From contig JAWPOC010000014.1 in the NCBI GenBank assembly GCA_033345235.1, positions 3,872 to 67,871 of the forward strand: 64,000 nucleotides of DNA, given 5' to 3'. The notes under the pieces are model-generated. The model worked only from the letters and a program-made list of their open reading frames with translations. It had not been told where the DNA came from and did no database searches. This DNA is from Alphaproteobacteria bacterium. Its GTDB lineage: Bacteria > Pseudomonadota > Alphaproteobacteria > Rs-D84. A program made the position numbers and the translations under genes. Of the stretch, positions 30,440 to 39,279 are shown in pieces (positions within the stretch are counted from its first letter, which is position 1; each line of letters begins with the position of its first letter).

Positions 30440-31030
30440 CCCCCCATTTTTTTGTCGTTCCTGTACTACCCCCTTGTCATTCCTGCACCCCCTATGTCAT
30501 CCTGTGGCTCTTGTCACGCCTAGCGCAGGCAGGAACACAGGACCCAGGTTTGGCCTTAGAATAAAAAGGCAGGATGACCTGGGTTCTGGACTCAAAGGTC
30601 CAGAATGACAAATTTTTTTGCAAAAATTTGTAACAAAAAAGCATAAATTACTGGATTGCCACGTTCACTTGCGTTCCCTCGCAATGACAAGGTTCTTAAG
30701 TTCTCTTTTCTTATATTATCATTGCTTTTACTTTATTGTCATTGCGAGCGGACGCGCAGCAATCCAGTAAATGCCGCAAAATAACAAAGCAAAACATTGT
30801 TCAAGAATAAAAAACTTAAAAAACTCTGTCATCCTGTGGCTTGACCACAGGACCCAGGTTTGGCCTTTTTTACCTGCCCCCTTGGAGGGGCGGGACGGAA
30901 TTCCCGACAATTTATTGTCGCTGGAATGACGGGGGTGGGGGAAAAGGTGACCAACTACATCCCCCCCACCCAAGTTTTCGTAATTGCGTTGCAATAACTC
31001 AAACTATCCCGCCCCACGTTGGGGGCAGGT
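30440..31030. repeat. Cluster of at least 7 palindromic intergenic elements from 3 families, in both orientations
   Basis: GTCATYCTG..CAGGACCCAGGT family at 30494-30548, 30569-30609 (inverted) and 30826-30859. GTCATTGCGAG..GCAATCCAG family at 30651-30690 (inverted) and 30736-30775. ACCTGCCCCC..GGGGCGGGA family at 30871-30941 and 31007-31030 (inverted). Confidence 0.8.
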
Positions 31031-31045
31031 GAAATCACTTACCCA

Positions 31046-31072
31046 CAAAAAAACCGCCGTTGGCGGTTGTTT
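31046..31072 (-). terminator. Terminator downstream of the IMPase-like gene
   Basis: AACCGCC-GTT-GGCGGTT with an A-run on the plus strand (U-run on the minus strand). Confidence 0.75.
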
Positions 31073-31776
31073 TATAATTCTATCTTGCCATTCGTGGCGA
31101 CCAGTTCGCTGGTCATTTCAATATGACCGCCCGCTTCGCGTAAAATCAAGTCCCCAGCAGCGATTTCTGCAAAGTCCAGTGGGTCAGATACATATGCGTC
31201 CAGTTTGCCCGCTGCAACCCATGCCAAATCTAATGCAGGGCATCCAGTGCGACGAATGTCGCCCGCAGATGGACATACCGCGTCTGTGTTGCAACCAATT
31301 GTCGCGTCCAGCATATCTTTGATGTTTGAAACCTTGATACGGGCAGAATGATATGCAGAAAATACATACGCACCACGACCAGATTCCGCATAATATAAAC
31401 GTTCGTCAATCGGTGAATATATCAACGCAATACGTGTTTCGTCATTCGTGCGCAGCGCCAGAGAAATCGCAAAATGTGCGTTCCCACGTACAAAATTGGC
31501 CGCCCCAGACAGTGATAACACAAATTCATCACGACCATCACCGTCACGCGAAACGTTTGGTGTTAATAAACCTGCCGCAGGACGTACCAGCAACAGGTCT
31601 GATAATATACTTTCTTCGATTCGAGCAGACGCCTTTTGAACAAAATCACGCGCCCCACGCAAAGATTGTTGCAAATTTTCCACTTCGCCAAAATCACGAC
31701 GCAGACCAGATGCAGTGCGCTGCAGCGCCAGAAACATCTTGTTCAGTTCAGTTGAACCTTTGATTAATAATTCCAT
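31072..31776 (-). CDS. Inositol monophosphatase/SuhB-family protein with degenerate metal-binding motif
   Basis: C-terminal family motif ...LDLAWVAAGKLDAYVSDPLDFAEIAAGDLILREAGG is present. Where WxxDPxDGTxNF is expected, the protein has FVLSLSGAANFVRG, so both Asp are lost. Confidence 0.7.
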   Translation of the reverse strand: MELLIKGSTELNKMFLALQRTASGLRRDFGEVENLQQSLRGARDFVQKASARIEESILSDLLLVRPAAGLLTPNVSRDGDGRDEFVLSLSGAANFVRGNAHFAISLALRTNDETRIALIYSPIDERLYYAESGRGAYVFSAYHSARIKVSNIKDMLDATIGCNTDAVCPSAGDIRRTGCPALDLAWVAAGKLDAYVSDPLDFAEIAAGDLILREAGGHIEMTSELVATNGKIEL

Positions 31777-31800
31777 ATCGCTGCCCCCCGTTAACGAAGT

Positions 31801-32013
31801 TTAGAAATTAAATCCGGCAAATTTGCTCTTGAATTCGGCGGCACGTTGACCCTTGTCGCCCGCGTTAGAGCGTTGGCCAGTCCATGCAGAATGGTTCAAG
31901 TTATCTGTTGATAAAATCAAGTCTTTCTTTACAGAAGAGTACATCTGAACAGTTGTGCCATCTGTTCTTGTAACGTTGATTTCATGGTATTCTGGATGAA
32001 TTCCTTGTTTCAT
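31801..32013 (-). CDS. rpmE: 50S ribosomal protein L31
   Basis: MKQGIHPEYHEINVTRTDGTTVQMYSS...; canonical L31 N-terminus. No CxxC zinc motif is visible. Confidence 0.93.
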   Translation of the reverse strand: MKQGIHPEYHEINVTRTDGTTVQMYSSVKKDLILSTDNLNHSAWTGQRSNAGDKGQRAAEFKSKFAGFNF

Positions 32014-32089
32014 AATATTGTCCTTTGTTTGTTAGTATAGCCCGCAAATTATACAAATGTTTTTACAGAAATCAAGCAATATTAGCATT

Positions 32090-32599
32090 TTAATATCGAC
32101 CAATGCAACCCAAATAGGAATTGCCCGTCGATTCCAAGATATTTATAAACTGACTTTGACTTTTTCCGGAAAATAACGCCAATATCGTCCCTGCGTCCGT
32201 CGCCAACATATCTGCAACTGTCGCAATGGACGAGTTCATCTTTTTGAAAAAGCCACTGGTCGGATAAATCTCGGCCGCCAACAGTTGGTTTTTACCGTCT
32301 TTTTTCGCGGTCTTTTTGGATTCTATGACCATTAACTGGCATTCAGATGATATTATCAGCTTGTCCGACACAAATGCATCGCCACCTAATAATTCGCCCC
32401 ACCAGCCCGTCGAACCACAAAATACAGGATAATAAATAACAGCGTCTGGATTTTTAGCCAGTACGTCTGTGATGTCAATGTCATCAGTGCATACGTCCGG
32501 CATAACCCCAGTCGAATTATTTATAACTTTACGCGCCAACTGGTAATCTGAATCCCCAGTTGTCTTGTGTGGCCAGTAAAGAATCGGAAACCTTGTCAT
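32090..32599 (-). CDS. Hypothetical protein (169 aa)
   Basis: ORF downstream of and co-oriented with 32668..33984. Own TGATATAAT-like -10 at about 32607-32615 (minus). No homology recognised. Confidence 0.5.
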   Translation of the reverse strand: MTRFPILYWPHKTTGDSDYQLARKVINNSTGVMPDVCTDDIDITDVLAKNPDAVIYYPVFCGSTGWWGELLGGDAFVSDKLIISSECQLMVIESKKTAKKDGKNQLLAAEIYPTSGFFKKMNSSIATVADMLATDAGTILALFSGKSQSQFINILESTGNSYLGCIGRY

Positions 32600-32667
32600 T
32601 GCTATGAATTATATCAGATTCGGTTTGTGTAAAAAAGGTGCCTTGGTTAAATAAAGGGCTTGATTTT

Positions 32668-33984
32668 TTATTTTTTTAAAGATTCGTACCATTTCTTGCC
32701 ATCTTCCCATAATTTGTTTAGGTCTTTTTTCGCACTGTCATAATATTCAGTTGATACAGTAACATTGAATATCGTCTTGATTAAAGCAGGAATTGCCGTC
32801 ATAAACATCGCCATAAAGATACCCATCAATATCATTGTTATCAATGTGTCATCGCGCAGCATTATCGAATCCATCAGCATCTGTGCGCCTTGCGAATCGC
32901 TGGCGTTAAGTGCCGCAGCCAATGTGTTTGCACCCATCCAGTCGCCAAATATCGCATTTAAAAACATTATCGCAAATGATACAAATACCGCAGTTAGTGC
33001 AATCCCCAACGTCGCAGATATAACATTATCAATAATACTGCGAATCGATTTGCCAGCACTATCCAGTGATATCGCCCAGCCTTTGAACAACCACGCCAGC
33101 AACATTAATGGCAACATAACAAAATCCAAAGACAGTTTTATAAAGACCTCTAAGAAATACAGCGGAATCGGTATTAATGCGACGAAAAATAGCACAAACA
33201 CCGCCAGACCTAAAAAGAATATCGGTACGTTCGGAAATATCGGAATCGATTGCAGAATTGTGTGCATATATTCTTTGTTAAAAGACATACTTAACATCGT
33301 CCAGCCAACTGTCATCCCCAGACCTGTCATTTGATGCACACCCGCCAATTCGCAAGCCAAGTTATGACGCAGTCTTGGTGAAAATGCCCCGCGATTCGCG
33401 GCGTTTTCGTCAATAGATACAGGGTCTGCAATCGCAGTTGCAATAACACAGGTGTCAAACTGGTCATCATGAACGGCGATTCGATTTAATGCCATACCAA
33501 CGTTAAATATAGGCTCTATCGCGACGTTCGATATCATACGTGGTAACGGCATTATCAATATCGCACAAATAAAAACAAGCTTTACAATATGAACACCAAA
33601 CGTTCCGGCGATATCCCAAGGCTTTTCGATGTTCGAATTAAAAAATCCAGACATTAATCGCCATGCCAGCCATATCGCAGTCAGCATTAATGCCAACGGA
33701 ACAACAACATGACCAATCGCACTGTATATTCGTGGCAAAATATTAGACATCGTAGACATTATGTCAGAAAATAACTGACACGACCAACAACTGGAAAAAA
33801 ACTTGTACGCGTCCGCCATATTAACCGGCGCAAAGCTGCGATAAATCGAAAATCCAGCCAGTGTGCCTAAGCCTGCCAGTACACCAATTACCAGTGGTGG
33901 CAACGCAGCCGCACTAAATGGCAGCAATGCTAAAAAAGCAATCCAAAATTTTTTTAACCGATTCATTGCTTTTAAGTATATCAT
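32668..33984 (-). CDS. Polytopic membrane protein, paralog 1 of 5 (tentatively TrbL/VirB6-like)
   Basis: 438 aa, with an N-terminal signal-like segment (an alternative start at MNRLKK, 33966, is possible). CWSCQLFSD motif. At least 6 hydrophobic segments. Lys/Trp-rich amphipathic tail KKDLNKLWEDGKKWYESLKK. Shares W....(K/R)..I...........P........EP blocks with the four downstream paralogs. Confidence 0.6.
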   Translation of the reverse strand: MIYLKAMNRLKKFWIAFLALLPFSAAALPPLVIGVLAGLGTLAGFSIYRSFAPVNMADAYKFFSSCWSCQLFSDIMSTMSNILPRIYSAIGHVVVPLALMLTAIWLAWRLMSGFFNSNIEKPWDIAGTFGVHIVKLVFICAILIMPLPRMISNVAIEPIFNVGMALNRIAVHDDQFDTCVIATAIADPVSIDENAANRGAFSPRLRHNLACELAGVHQMTGLGMTVGWTMLSMSFNKEYMHTILQSIPIFPNVPIFFLGLAVFVLFFVALIPIPLYFLEVFIKLSLDFVMLPLMLLAWLFKGWAISLDSAGKSIRSIIDNVISATLGIALTAVFVSFAIMFLNAIFGDWMGANTLAAALNASDSQGAQMLMDSIMLRDDTLITMILMGIFMAMFMTAIPALIKTIFNVTVSTEYYDSAKKDLNKLWEDGKKWYESLKK

Positions 33985-34032
33985 ATTTTGTCTTAAATGT
34001 GATATAATTGAAAAAAGATTTGTTCAGAGAGA

Positions 34033-35262
34033 ATGTTTTTAGGTAAAAAAATCTTTGGTTGTTTGCTGTTTTTTGCGATGTTTTTATCGCCATCTTTTGC
34101 GTATGCAGCAGACTTGGTTGATGCCTTGGATTTAACCCCATTTGTGCCATTGGTATTGGATGCGTTGATGTTGGTTGCCACAGGTGTATATGAATATTTC
34201 GTTGGAAATGGGACTGGGATTATATATGGACTGATATGGACTTTTGTTGCGATAACAATTGCGTTGTATTTGGTAAAGATGTATTTGCCAAAATCATGGG
34301 TATCTTTCTTAGGGTTTTCTGGTGGTGGTGAAATCGCCGATGGTATCAGTGGCACAAAAGTTATGGAAAATGTATTAAAGCCCGGACTGCGTGCGGTTAT
34401 TGCAATGGTTGCGTTGTTGCAGATAAAGCCTGTTTATGTAACAGATTGGTTGGTTACACCTTTCTTGGATTTAGGGGCGATTTATTCGACCGAAATTGTA
34501 GAGTCAATAAATGATTCGGATGTGACAGATTATTCCTGTTCTGGCAAGTTTTCTGATAATATATGGCTGTCTGAAAGGGCATGCAGTGCGCTGGTTCAGC
34601 CTGTGTCTGCATTAACACAGGAAAATAACAAAGTTATTAAAACAGGAATTAAATTTATAACCAATGGATTGCGTGGGTTATTGACGCTGATACCATCTGG
34701 TGGGGAAAACTTTTTAAATGTTCTGACGGGGTTGTTTTTAGTGTGTACGTTCTTTTCGTGTAACTTTTTTATGGCGCTGTTAATTATCCAAGGAATATTT
34801 AATTTTGGTGTACAGTTAATTTTATATCCGTTTAATGTCTTGGCGTACGTTGCAAAGCCCAGTGATAAATGGTTTGATATTTGGCCGGCGTTCAGTGGCT
34901 TAACCAAGGCGATACAGCAATTAATCATAACGATGATTGCGTGTTCTTTTATTCTGTGCATAAATATCGCAGTTATTAAGGCAATGTTTCAATGGAATAC
35001 ATCTGTATTTGTTGTGGCGACAGGTGGTGTGGCGACGACTAATTTGCCGCAGGTTGCAAATTCTTCGATGGGCTTTGGTCAGCATTCAATATTATGGTTG
35101 TCCGCAGGATTAACTTTCTTTTTGATGTTCAAGATATTTGAAATGACACGTAAACAACTGGAAATGTATGTGGGCAAAGGTATGGATGGATTGTATAAAG
35201 ATACAAAATCTAATGCGTCAAAGTACTGGAAAAAAATAACAGGTGCGCTGGGTAAAAAATGA
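34033..35262 (+). CDS. Polytopic membrane protein, paralog 2 of 5 (tentatively TrbL/VirB6-like)
   Basis: 409 aa. Signal peptide ...SPSFAYA. Multiple TM segments. Tail NASKYWKKITGALGKK. Extended -10 TGTGATATAAT at 34004-34014. Confidence 0.6.
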   Translation: MFLGKKIFGCLLFFAMFLSPSFAYAADLVDALDLTPFVPLVLDALMLVATGVYEYFVGNGTGIIYGLIWTFVAITIALYLVKMYLPKSWVSFLGFSGGGEIADGISGTKVMENVLKPGLRAVIAMVALLQIKPVYVTDWLVTPFLDLGAIYSTEIVESINDSDVTDYSCSGKFSDNIWLSERACSALVQPVSALTQENNKVIKTGIKFITNGLRGLLTLIPSGGENFLNVLTGLFLVCTFFSCNFFMALLIIQGIFNFGVQLILYPFNVLAYVAKPSDKWFDIWPAFSGLTKAIQQLIITMIACSFILCINIAVIKAMFQWNTSVFVVATGGVATTNLPQVANSSMGFGQHSILWLSAGLTFFLMFKIFEMTRKQLEMYVGKGMDGLYKDTKSNASKYWKKITGALGKK

Positions 35263-36485
35263 ACGGATGGCTGAACTCTTTAATAGAAGGCGGTGTACAG
35301 TGTTGGGGCTGTGTGGTTTTTGACAGCGCATTTCGGACGATATCTGTTGTAATCGGTAACATATATGAAAAGTTCAGTGATATATGTGTAATATTGTTTT
35401 GTTTGCTGTTTACAGTCTTTGTTATTAATGCCATTTATAAAAATATGAAATCCGGAATGTCTGATCCTTGGATGACCAAATCGGTACAAAAAGTTGTTAT
35501 TTCTGGGTTGATTGTTTTAACGATTATGGGTACAGGAATCGCGTTCCCCAGATTTTTAACAACGGTATTATTTGAACCTGTGGCAGATATCACAATGCTG
35601 TATTCACAAAGTATGATAAAGCTGGATGAAGAACAGGTTGCAGAACGTGTAACATATGAACCAATCGAAGTACCATCAGACAGTGTCTTTCGACCACAGT
35701 TGCGTGATAAAATAATCGGTGTGATGAAAACAACAGTAACGCAATTCCAAGGTTATATAAAGCTGGGGTTAGCGATTATGGATCATGCGTTTTCATGGCA
35801 GTCTTTGCATTATGGTATGGGTGGAATTATAAAATATTTTATAATGTTTTTTGTGGGAATGTCTATTGCATGGAACTTTATCAAGATATTCTTTAGGTAT
35901 TGTTGTTATTTCGTAGACATAATTATTTCATTGGCGTTCTTTGGTGTTTTCTTTCCTTTGTCACTGGTTGCGTTTGCCTTTAAGGGCGCGGAACATGTGC
36001 CAGAATGGATTTCCAAACTGGGCGGTTCGTTGGGGGTTGGTCAGATAAAAAATGTGATAAATTCGATTGTGACATTGGGGTCTGTGATTATAACGTACAC
36101 GATAATTATGGTGATGATAACAAAGTTCTTTACGGCATCTGGAACAGATCTTAATGAATTAATGGTTTATGTGACAACAGGGCAAGTTTTTGCGGACGTA
36201 TTGAATTCAGAAACATTACAATCTATGACTTTAATTGGTTGTGCTGTTTTGATGTTTGTATTAAATTACATAATGGATCAAATTCCACAAGTATCTAAAA
36301 TGATACTCAGTGCATTTGGTGTCCAAGAAAAATCAGATGCCAGTGAAGATTTTGCAAACTCTGTATCGAAATTTATCGATAAAAGAATAGAAAATGGCAA
36401 AGATTTTATAAAGAAAATCAAGGGTGATTCTGCAGATGGCGCGTCAGGCGGCACAACATCAGGCGGCACAACAGGTGGGGCATAA
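35259..36485 (+). CDS. Polytopic membrane protein, paralog 3 of 5
   Basis: 408 aa. ATGA overlap with paralog 2. CWGCVVFDS motif. DPWMTKSVQKVVISGLIVL...FEPVADI block. Gly/Thr-rich C-terminal tail. Confidence 0.6.
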   Translation: MNGWLNSLIEGGVQCWGCVVFDSAFRTISVVIGNIYEKFSDICVILFCLLFTVFVINAIYKNMKSGMSDPWMTKSVQKVVISGLIVLTIMGTGIAFPRFLTTVLFEPVADITMLYSQSMIKLDEEQVAERVTYEPIEVPSDSVFRPQLRDKIIGVMKTTVTQFQGYIKLGLAIMDHAFSWQSLHYGMGGIIKYFIMFFVGMSIAWNFIKIFFRYCCYFVDIIISLAFFGVFFPLSLVAFAFKGAEHVPEWISKLGGSLGVGQIKNVINSIVTLGSVIITYTIIMVMITKFFTASGTDLNELMVYVTTGQVFADVLNSETLQSMTLIGCAVLMFVLNYIMDQIPQVSKMILSAFGVQEKSDASEDFANSVSKFIDKRIENGKDFIKKIKGDSADGASGGTTSGGTTGGA

Positions 36486-37915
36486 TGTTCAAAGTAAAAT
36501 TAATTATGTTTTTACTTAAATTTGTGATGTGGGGCACTTTGTTGGGGCTGGGGGTTTGGTATTTGTCATCTGCGCTGGGGGGGGGGGCATTAACATACAC
36601 CAGTGTCGATAGATTTTTAATTGCCACAGGTGTTGAAAATGGCGATATATCGGATGTAAATGGTTGTTTTATGTGCGGTTATGTCGCAGATTTATTTAGC
36701 GTGCTTGGGGATGCGACTCAGCGTTTTTGGTCGGCAATGCTGGATTCAATATGGATTATAATGGTTGTGGGGTTTGGTGTGTTTTTGGCTATATACAGTG
36801 TTCAATATGTATTAGAGGCAACGAAAAAAACCGCCGAGACAGATACCAAAGAAAAAAAATTGGAATTCAAAGGCTGGTTTGACAAAGTTTGGAAACAAGG
36901 TCTGCGTATATTAATTGCAGGGACTTTTATTGGTGCGATTGGTATGGGCGGGACAGACGCATTAAAGACGGTTACAAATATAACTATAACACCTGTGATG
37001 TATCTGGGGGCAGAATTTTCAATGGCGGCCAGTGGTGTGTCTGATGCGTCGAAATGTTATGCATTAGAACGAACGTCTAACGAATCTACTGATTTATTAA
37101 ATCCGATATTACAGCCATTTATGTGCGTGATTGGAAATATTAACGCAGTGATGTTAGCGGGCGCTGCGGGCGGTTTTGCAATGATGAATTATGCGTGGAT
37201 GGGTATGGGTGGTGGCGCAGTGACATGGATTGCGGGGTTGCTGTTGGTTATAATGTTTTTGATTATTGGATTTGATTTATTCTTTCAAATATTAACAGTC
37301 GTATTTAAATTGATATTTGTAATAATCTTTTTGCCACTTATTATTGCAGCGGCAGCATTTGAACAAACGTGGAAGGTCGCCAATGGTTTGTTATCAAATT
37401 CTATTAATATGTTAGTGTCTTCGGCAGTACGTATTATTGCGATAACGTTAAAGGTTTTGATTATATTTGGAACTGTGTCATATGCGGCAGATACTTTCTT
37501 TCCGGAACCATATGATGGATACAGTGCGGTATTGCCACCGTTGCTGGGGCATAAACCGACAAATCCAGATGCGCAAACAATGTCTGTTATGAATGTGTTT
37601 TCGACATGTGAAAGTGTGTCATTGGTTGATGATGTGGTTGATAAAGATTTATTCAAAGAATGCTTTATGGAACAAAAAGCGATTGTTGAAAGACAATATC
37701 CACATGCGTTTGATTTCTTGAAAAATGGTTGGGATTTCTTGTTGTTGATGGCGTGTACATTCTTGCTGTATTTTTATATCATCAGTCCAAAGGTAGACAA
37801 GATTTTGGGTAAAGACCCCAAGGAAGAATTTGATTTCGGTGGCGAAATTAAAAAACTGGGAAAGTTGGCGTGGAATTTGCCAATTAAATTGACCAAGGGA
37901 TTGTTGAACAAATGA
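36485..37915 (+). CDS. Polytopic membrane protein, paralog 4 of 5 (contains a G11 tract)
   Basis: 476 aa. TAATG overlap with paralog 3. CFMCGYVADLFS motif. KGWFDKVWKQGLRILIAG...ITPVMYLG block. Confidence 0.6.
   Translation: MFKVKLIMFLLKFVMWGTLLGLGVWYLSSALGGGALTYTSVDRFLIATGVENGDISDVNGCFMCGYVADLFSVLGDATQRFWSAMLDSIWIIMVVGFGVFLAIYSVQYVLEATKKTAETDTKEKKLEFKGWFDKVWKQGLRILIAGTFIGAIGMGGTDALKTVTNITITPVMYLGAEFSMAASGVSDASKCYALERTSNESTDLLNPILQPFMCVIGNINAVMLAGAAGGFAMMNYAWMGMGGGAVTWIAGLLLVIMFLIIGFDLFFQILTVVFKLIFVIIFLPLIIAAAAFEQTWKVANGLLSNSINMLVSSAVRIIAITLKVLIIFGTVSYAADTFFPEPYDGYSAVLPPLLGHKPTNPDAQTMSVMNVFSTCESVSLVDDVVDKDLFKECFMEQKAIVERQYPHAFDFLKNGWDFLLLMACTFLLYFYIISPKVDKILGKDPKEEFDFGGEIKKLGKLAWNLPIKLTKGLLNK
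36577..36587 (+). repeat. Homopolymeric G11 tract inside paralog 4 (codons 31-34, LGGGA)
   Basis: GCGCTGGGGGGGGGGGCATT: eleven consecutive G in an AT-rich genome. I noticed no other G or C run of 8 or more in the window. Confidence 0.9.
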
Positions 37916-39222
37916 TGACCAGATTATGTAAATTTTTATCTCGATTGATGGTCGCAGTATTTTTACTGAGCGGATTTACAGTGCCTGCACATTCATTTAC
38001 AACAAATGTCCCAGATGAATTTGGTATGGCGGATGTTGGTGATTATGGTTCGTGGGCCACAGAAAATAATCGCAGGGCATTTTTATCCAGTCTGACATAT
38101 GATTTAGATGACTTCATAGGTTCCGCAACAGAACAACAACTGGTTGATGATTATGTGCCCATAGAGGCTAAGTTAGGTCTGGCGTTTATGAATGCATTTT
38201 CACATATTGGTCATGTGTTGGATCATTCGCTGGTACACTTTATTATTGTTTTTATTGTTATAATGTTTGGTCTGTGGGTTGCGTTCGAAGCGTATACGAT
38301 AATAATCGCGCAAAACAAAGTCCAAGATAAAGTAATAGAAATATTTAAACAAGGCCTGAAAGTTGTTGCATGGTCTGTGGCGTTGTCATATGGCTTGCCG
38401 AAATTGTTTGTGTTATTTGCAAATCCAATAATGTATGTCGGAACATTGATTTCTGATATTGTGTTGTCTGCAGCCAGTTCAATTGCAGATATCAGATTGC
38501 CAAATACATGTGGCGCAATACATCAATATGTGCAAACACATATCAGCAGTTCGAATATAATAGATGCCACCAGTGCCGCAAATTTAATGTGTGTGCCAAC
38601 GCGTATTGTTGGATTTTTACGTACTGTGGTCGCGTTGGGTTGGAAATGGATGCAGTATGGTATTGGTAACAGTATTATTATCTTTTTAGCTGGGGGTTGG
38701 TTGATATATTGCTTTATTCGTATTTCGTGGACTTTTGCGTTTGTAGTGTTCGGTGTTATTGCGGATTTATTCTTGGGTATAATAATGTTACCGTTTACAG
38801 CAGTCGCAGAAACCGTTGGCAAAACTTCGTACAAGGGTATCGCAGGCGATATGTTCAACGGCTTTACAAAATTATTTAATGCAGAAAACTTGAAAAAGCA
38901 GGTCGAGCGCGTTGTAAATGCCGCATTGCACTTCTTTAGTATGTCGATTATTGTCGCGGTATGTGTCGCATTGTTATCATTGGTGTATTCATTAGACCCG
39001 ACAAACTATACGCCAAATATGGAAAACCCCAGTTTTATAATTACTGCATTGGTCACAGCGCTGGTTGTATGGTTGGCAAAGAATGCATCTGCCAAGGCAA
39101 CAGAAATCGGTGGCAGTATCACAACCGATGTTGGCGATGAGTTAAAGTCAAATATCGATAAAATGTGGCAAGGGACGAAAAAACAATACAAAGATTTTAA
39201 AAGCGCTTTGAAAAAATCCTAA
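37912..39222 (+). CDS. Polytopic membrane protein, paralog 5 of 5
   Basis: 436 aa. ATGA overlap with paralog 4. Signal peptide ...FTVPAHS. VIEIFKQGLKVVAWSVAL...ANPIMYVG block. Tail KSNIDKMWQGTKKQYKDFKSALKKS. Confidence 0.6.
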   Translation: MMTRLCKFLSRLMVAVFLLSGFTVPAHSFTTNVPDEFGMADVGDYGSWATENNRRAFLSSLTYDLDDFIGSATEQQLVDDYVPIEAKLGLAFMNAFSHIGHVLDHSLVHFIIVFIVIMFGLWVAFEAYTIIIAQNKVQDKVIEIFKQGLKVVAWSVALSYGLPKLFVLFANPIMYVGTLISDIVLSAASSIADIRLPNTCGAIHQYVQTHISSSNIIDATSAANLMCVPTRIVGFLRTVVALGWKWMQYGIGNSIIIFLAGGWLIYCFIRISWTFAFVVFGVIADLFLGIIMLPFTAVAETVGKTSYKGIAGDMFNGFTKLFNAENLKKQVERVVNAALHFFSMSIIVAVCVALLSLVYSLDPTNYTPNMENPSFIITALVTALVVWLAKNASAKATEIGGSITTDVGDELKSNIDKMWQGTKKQYKDFKSALKKS

Positions 39223-39279
39223 AAAATATTTTGCATTTTATTTGCAAACAGTACTTTTTTGTCTTAGAATTAATATGCT

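Noticed and set aside
30440-31030. Possible CRISPR array, given the many short repeats in one intergenic region
   Set aside because: The repeats belong to three different families, occur in both orientations, are irregularly spaced and are themselves palindromic. No cas genes are present. They are REP/MITE-like elements, not a CRISPR array.
32668-39222. Calling the five-paralog cluster a complete type IV secretion system
   Set aside because: No VirB4/VirB11/VirD4 ATPase, VirB8-B10 core or pilin gene is present anywhere in this window. Only a tentative VirB6/TrbL-like assignment for the membrane proteins is justified.
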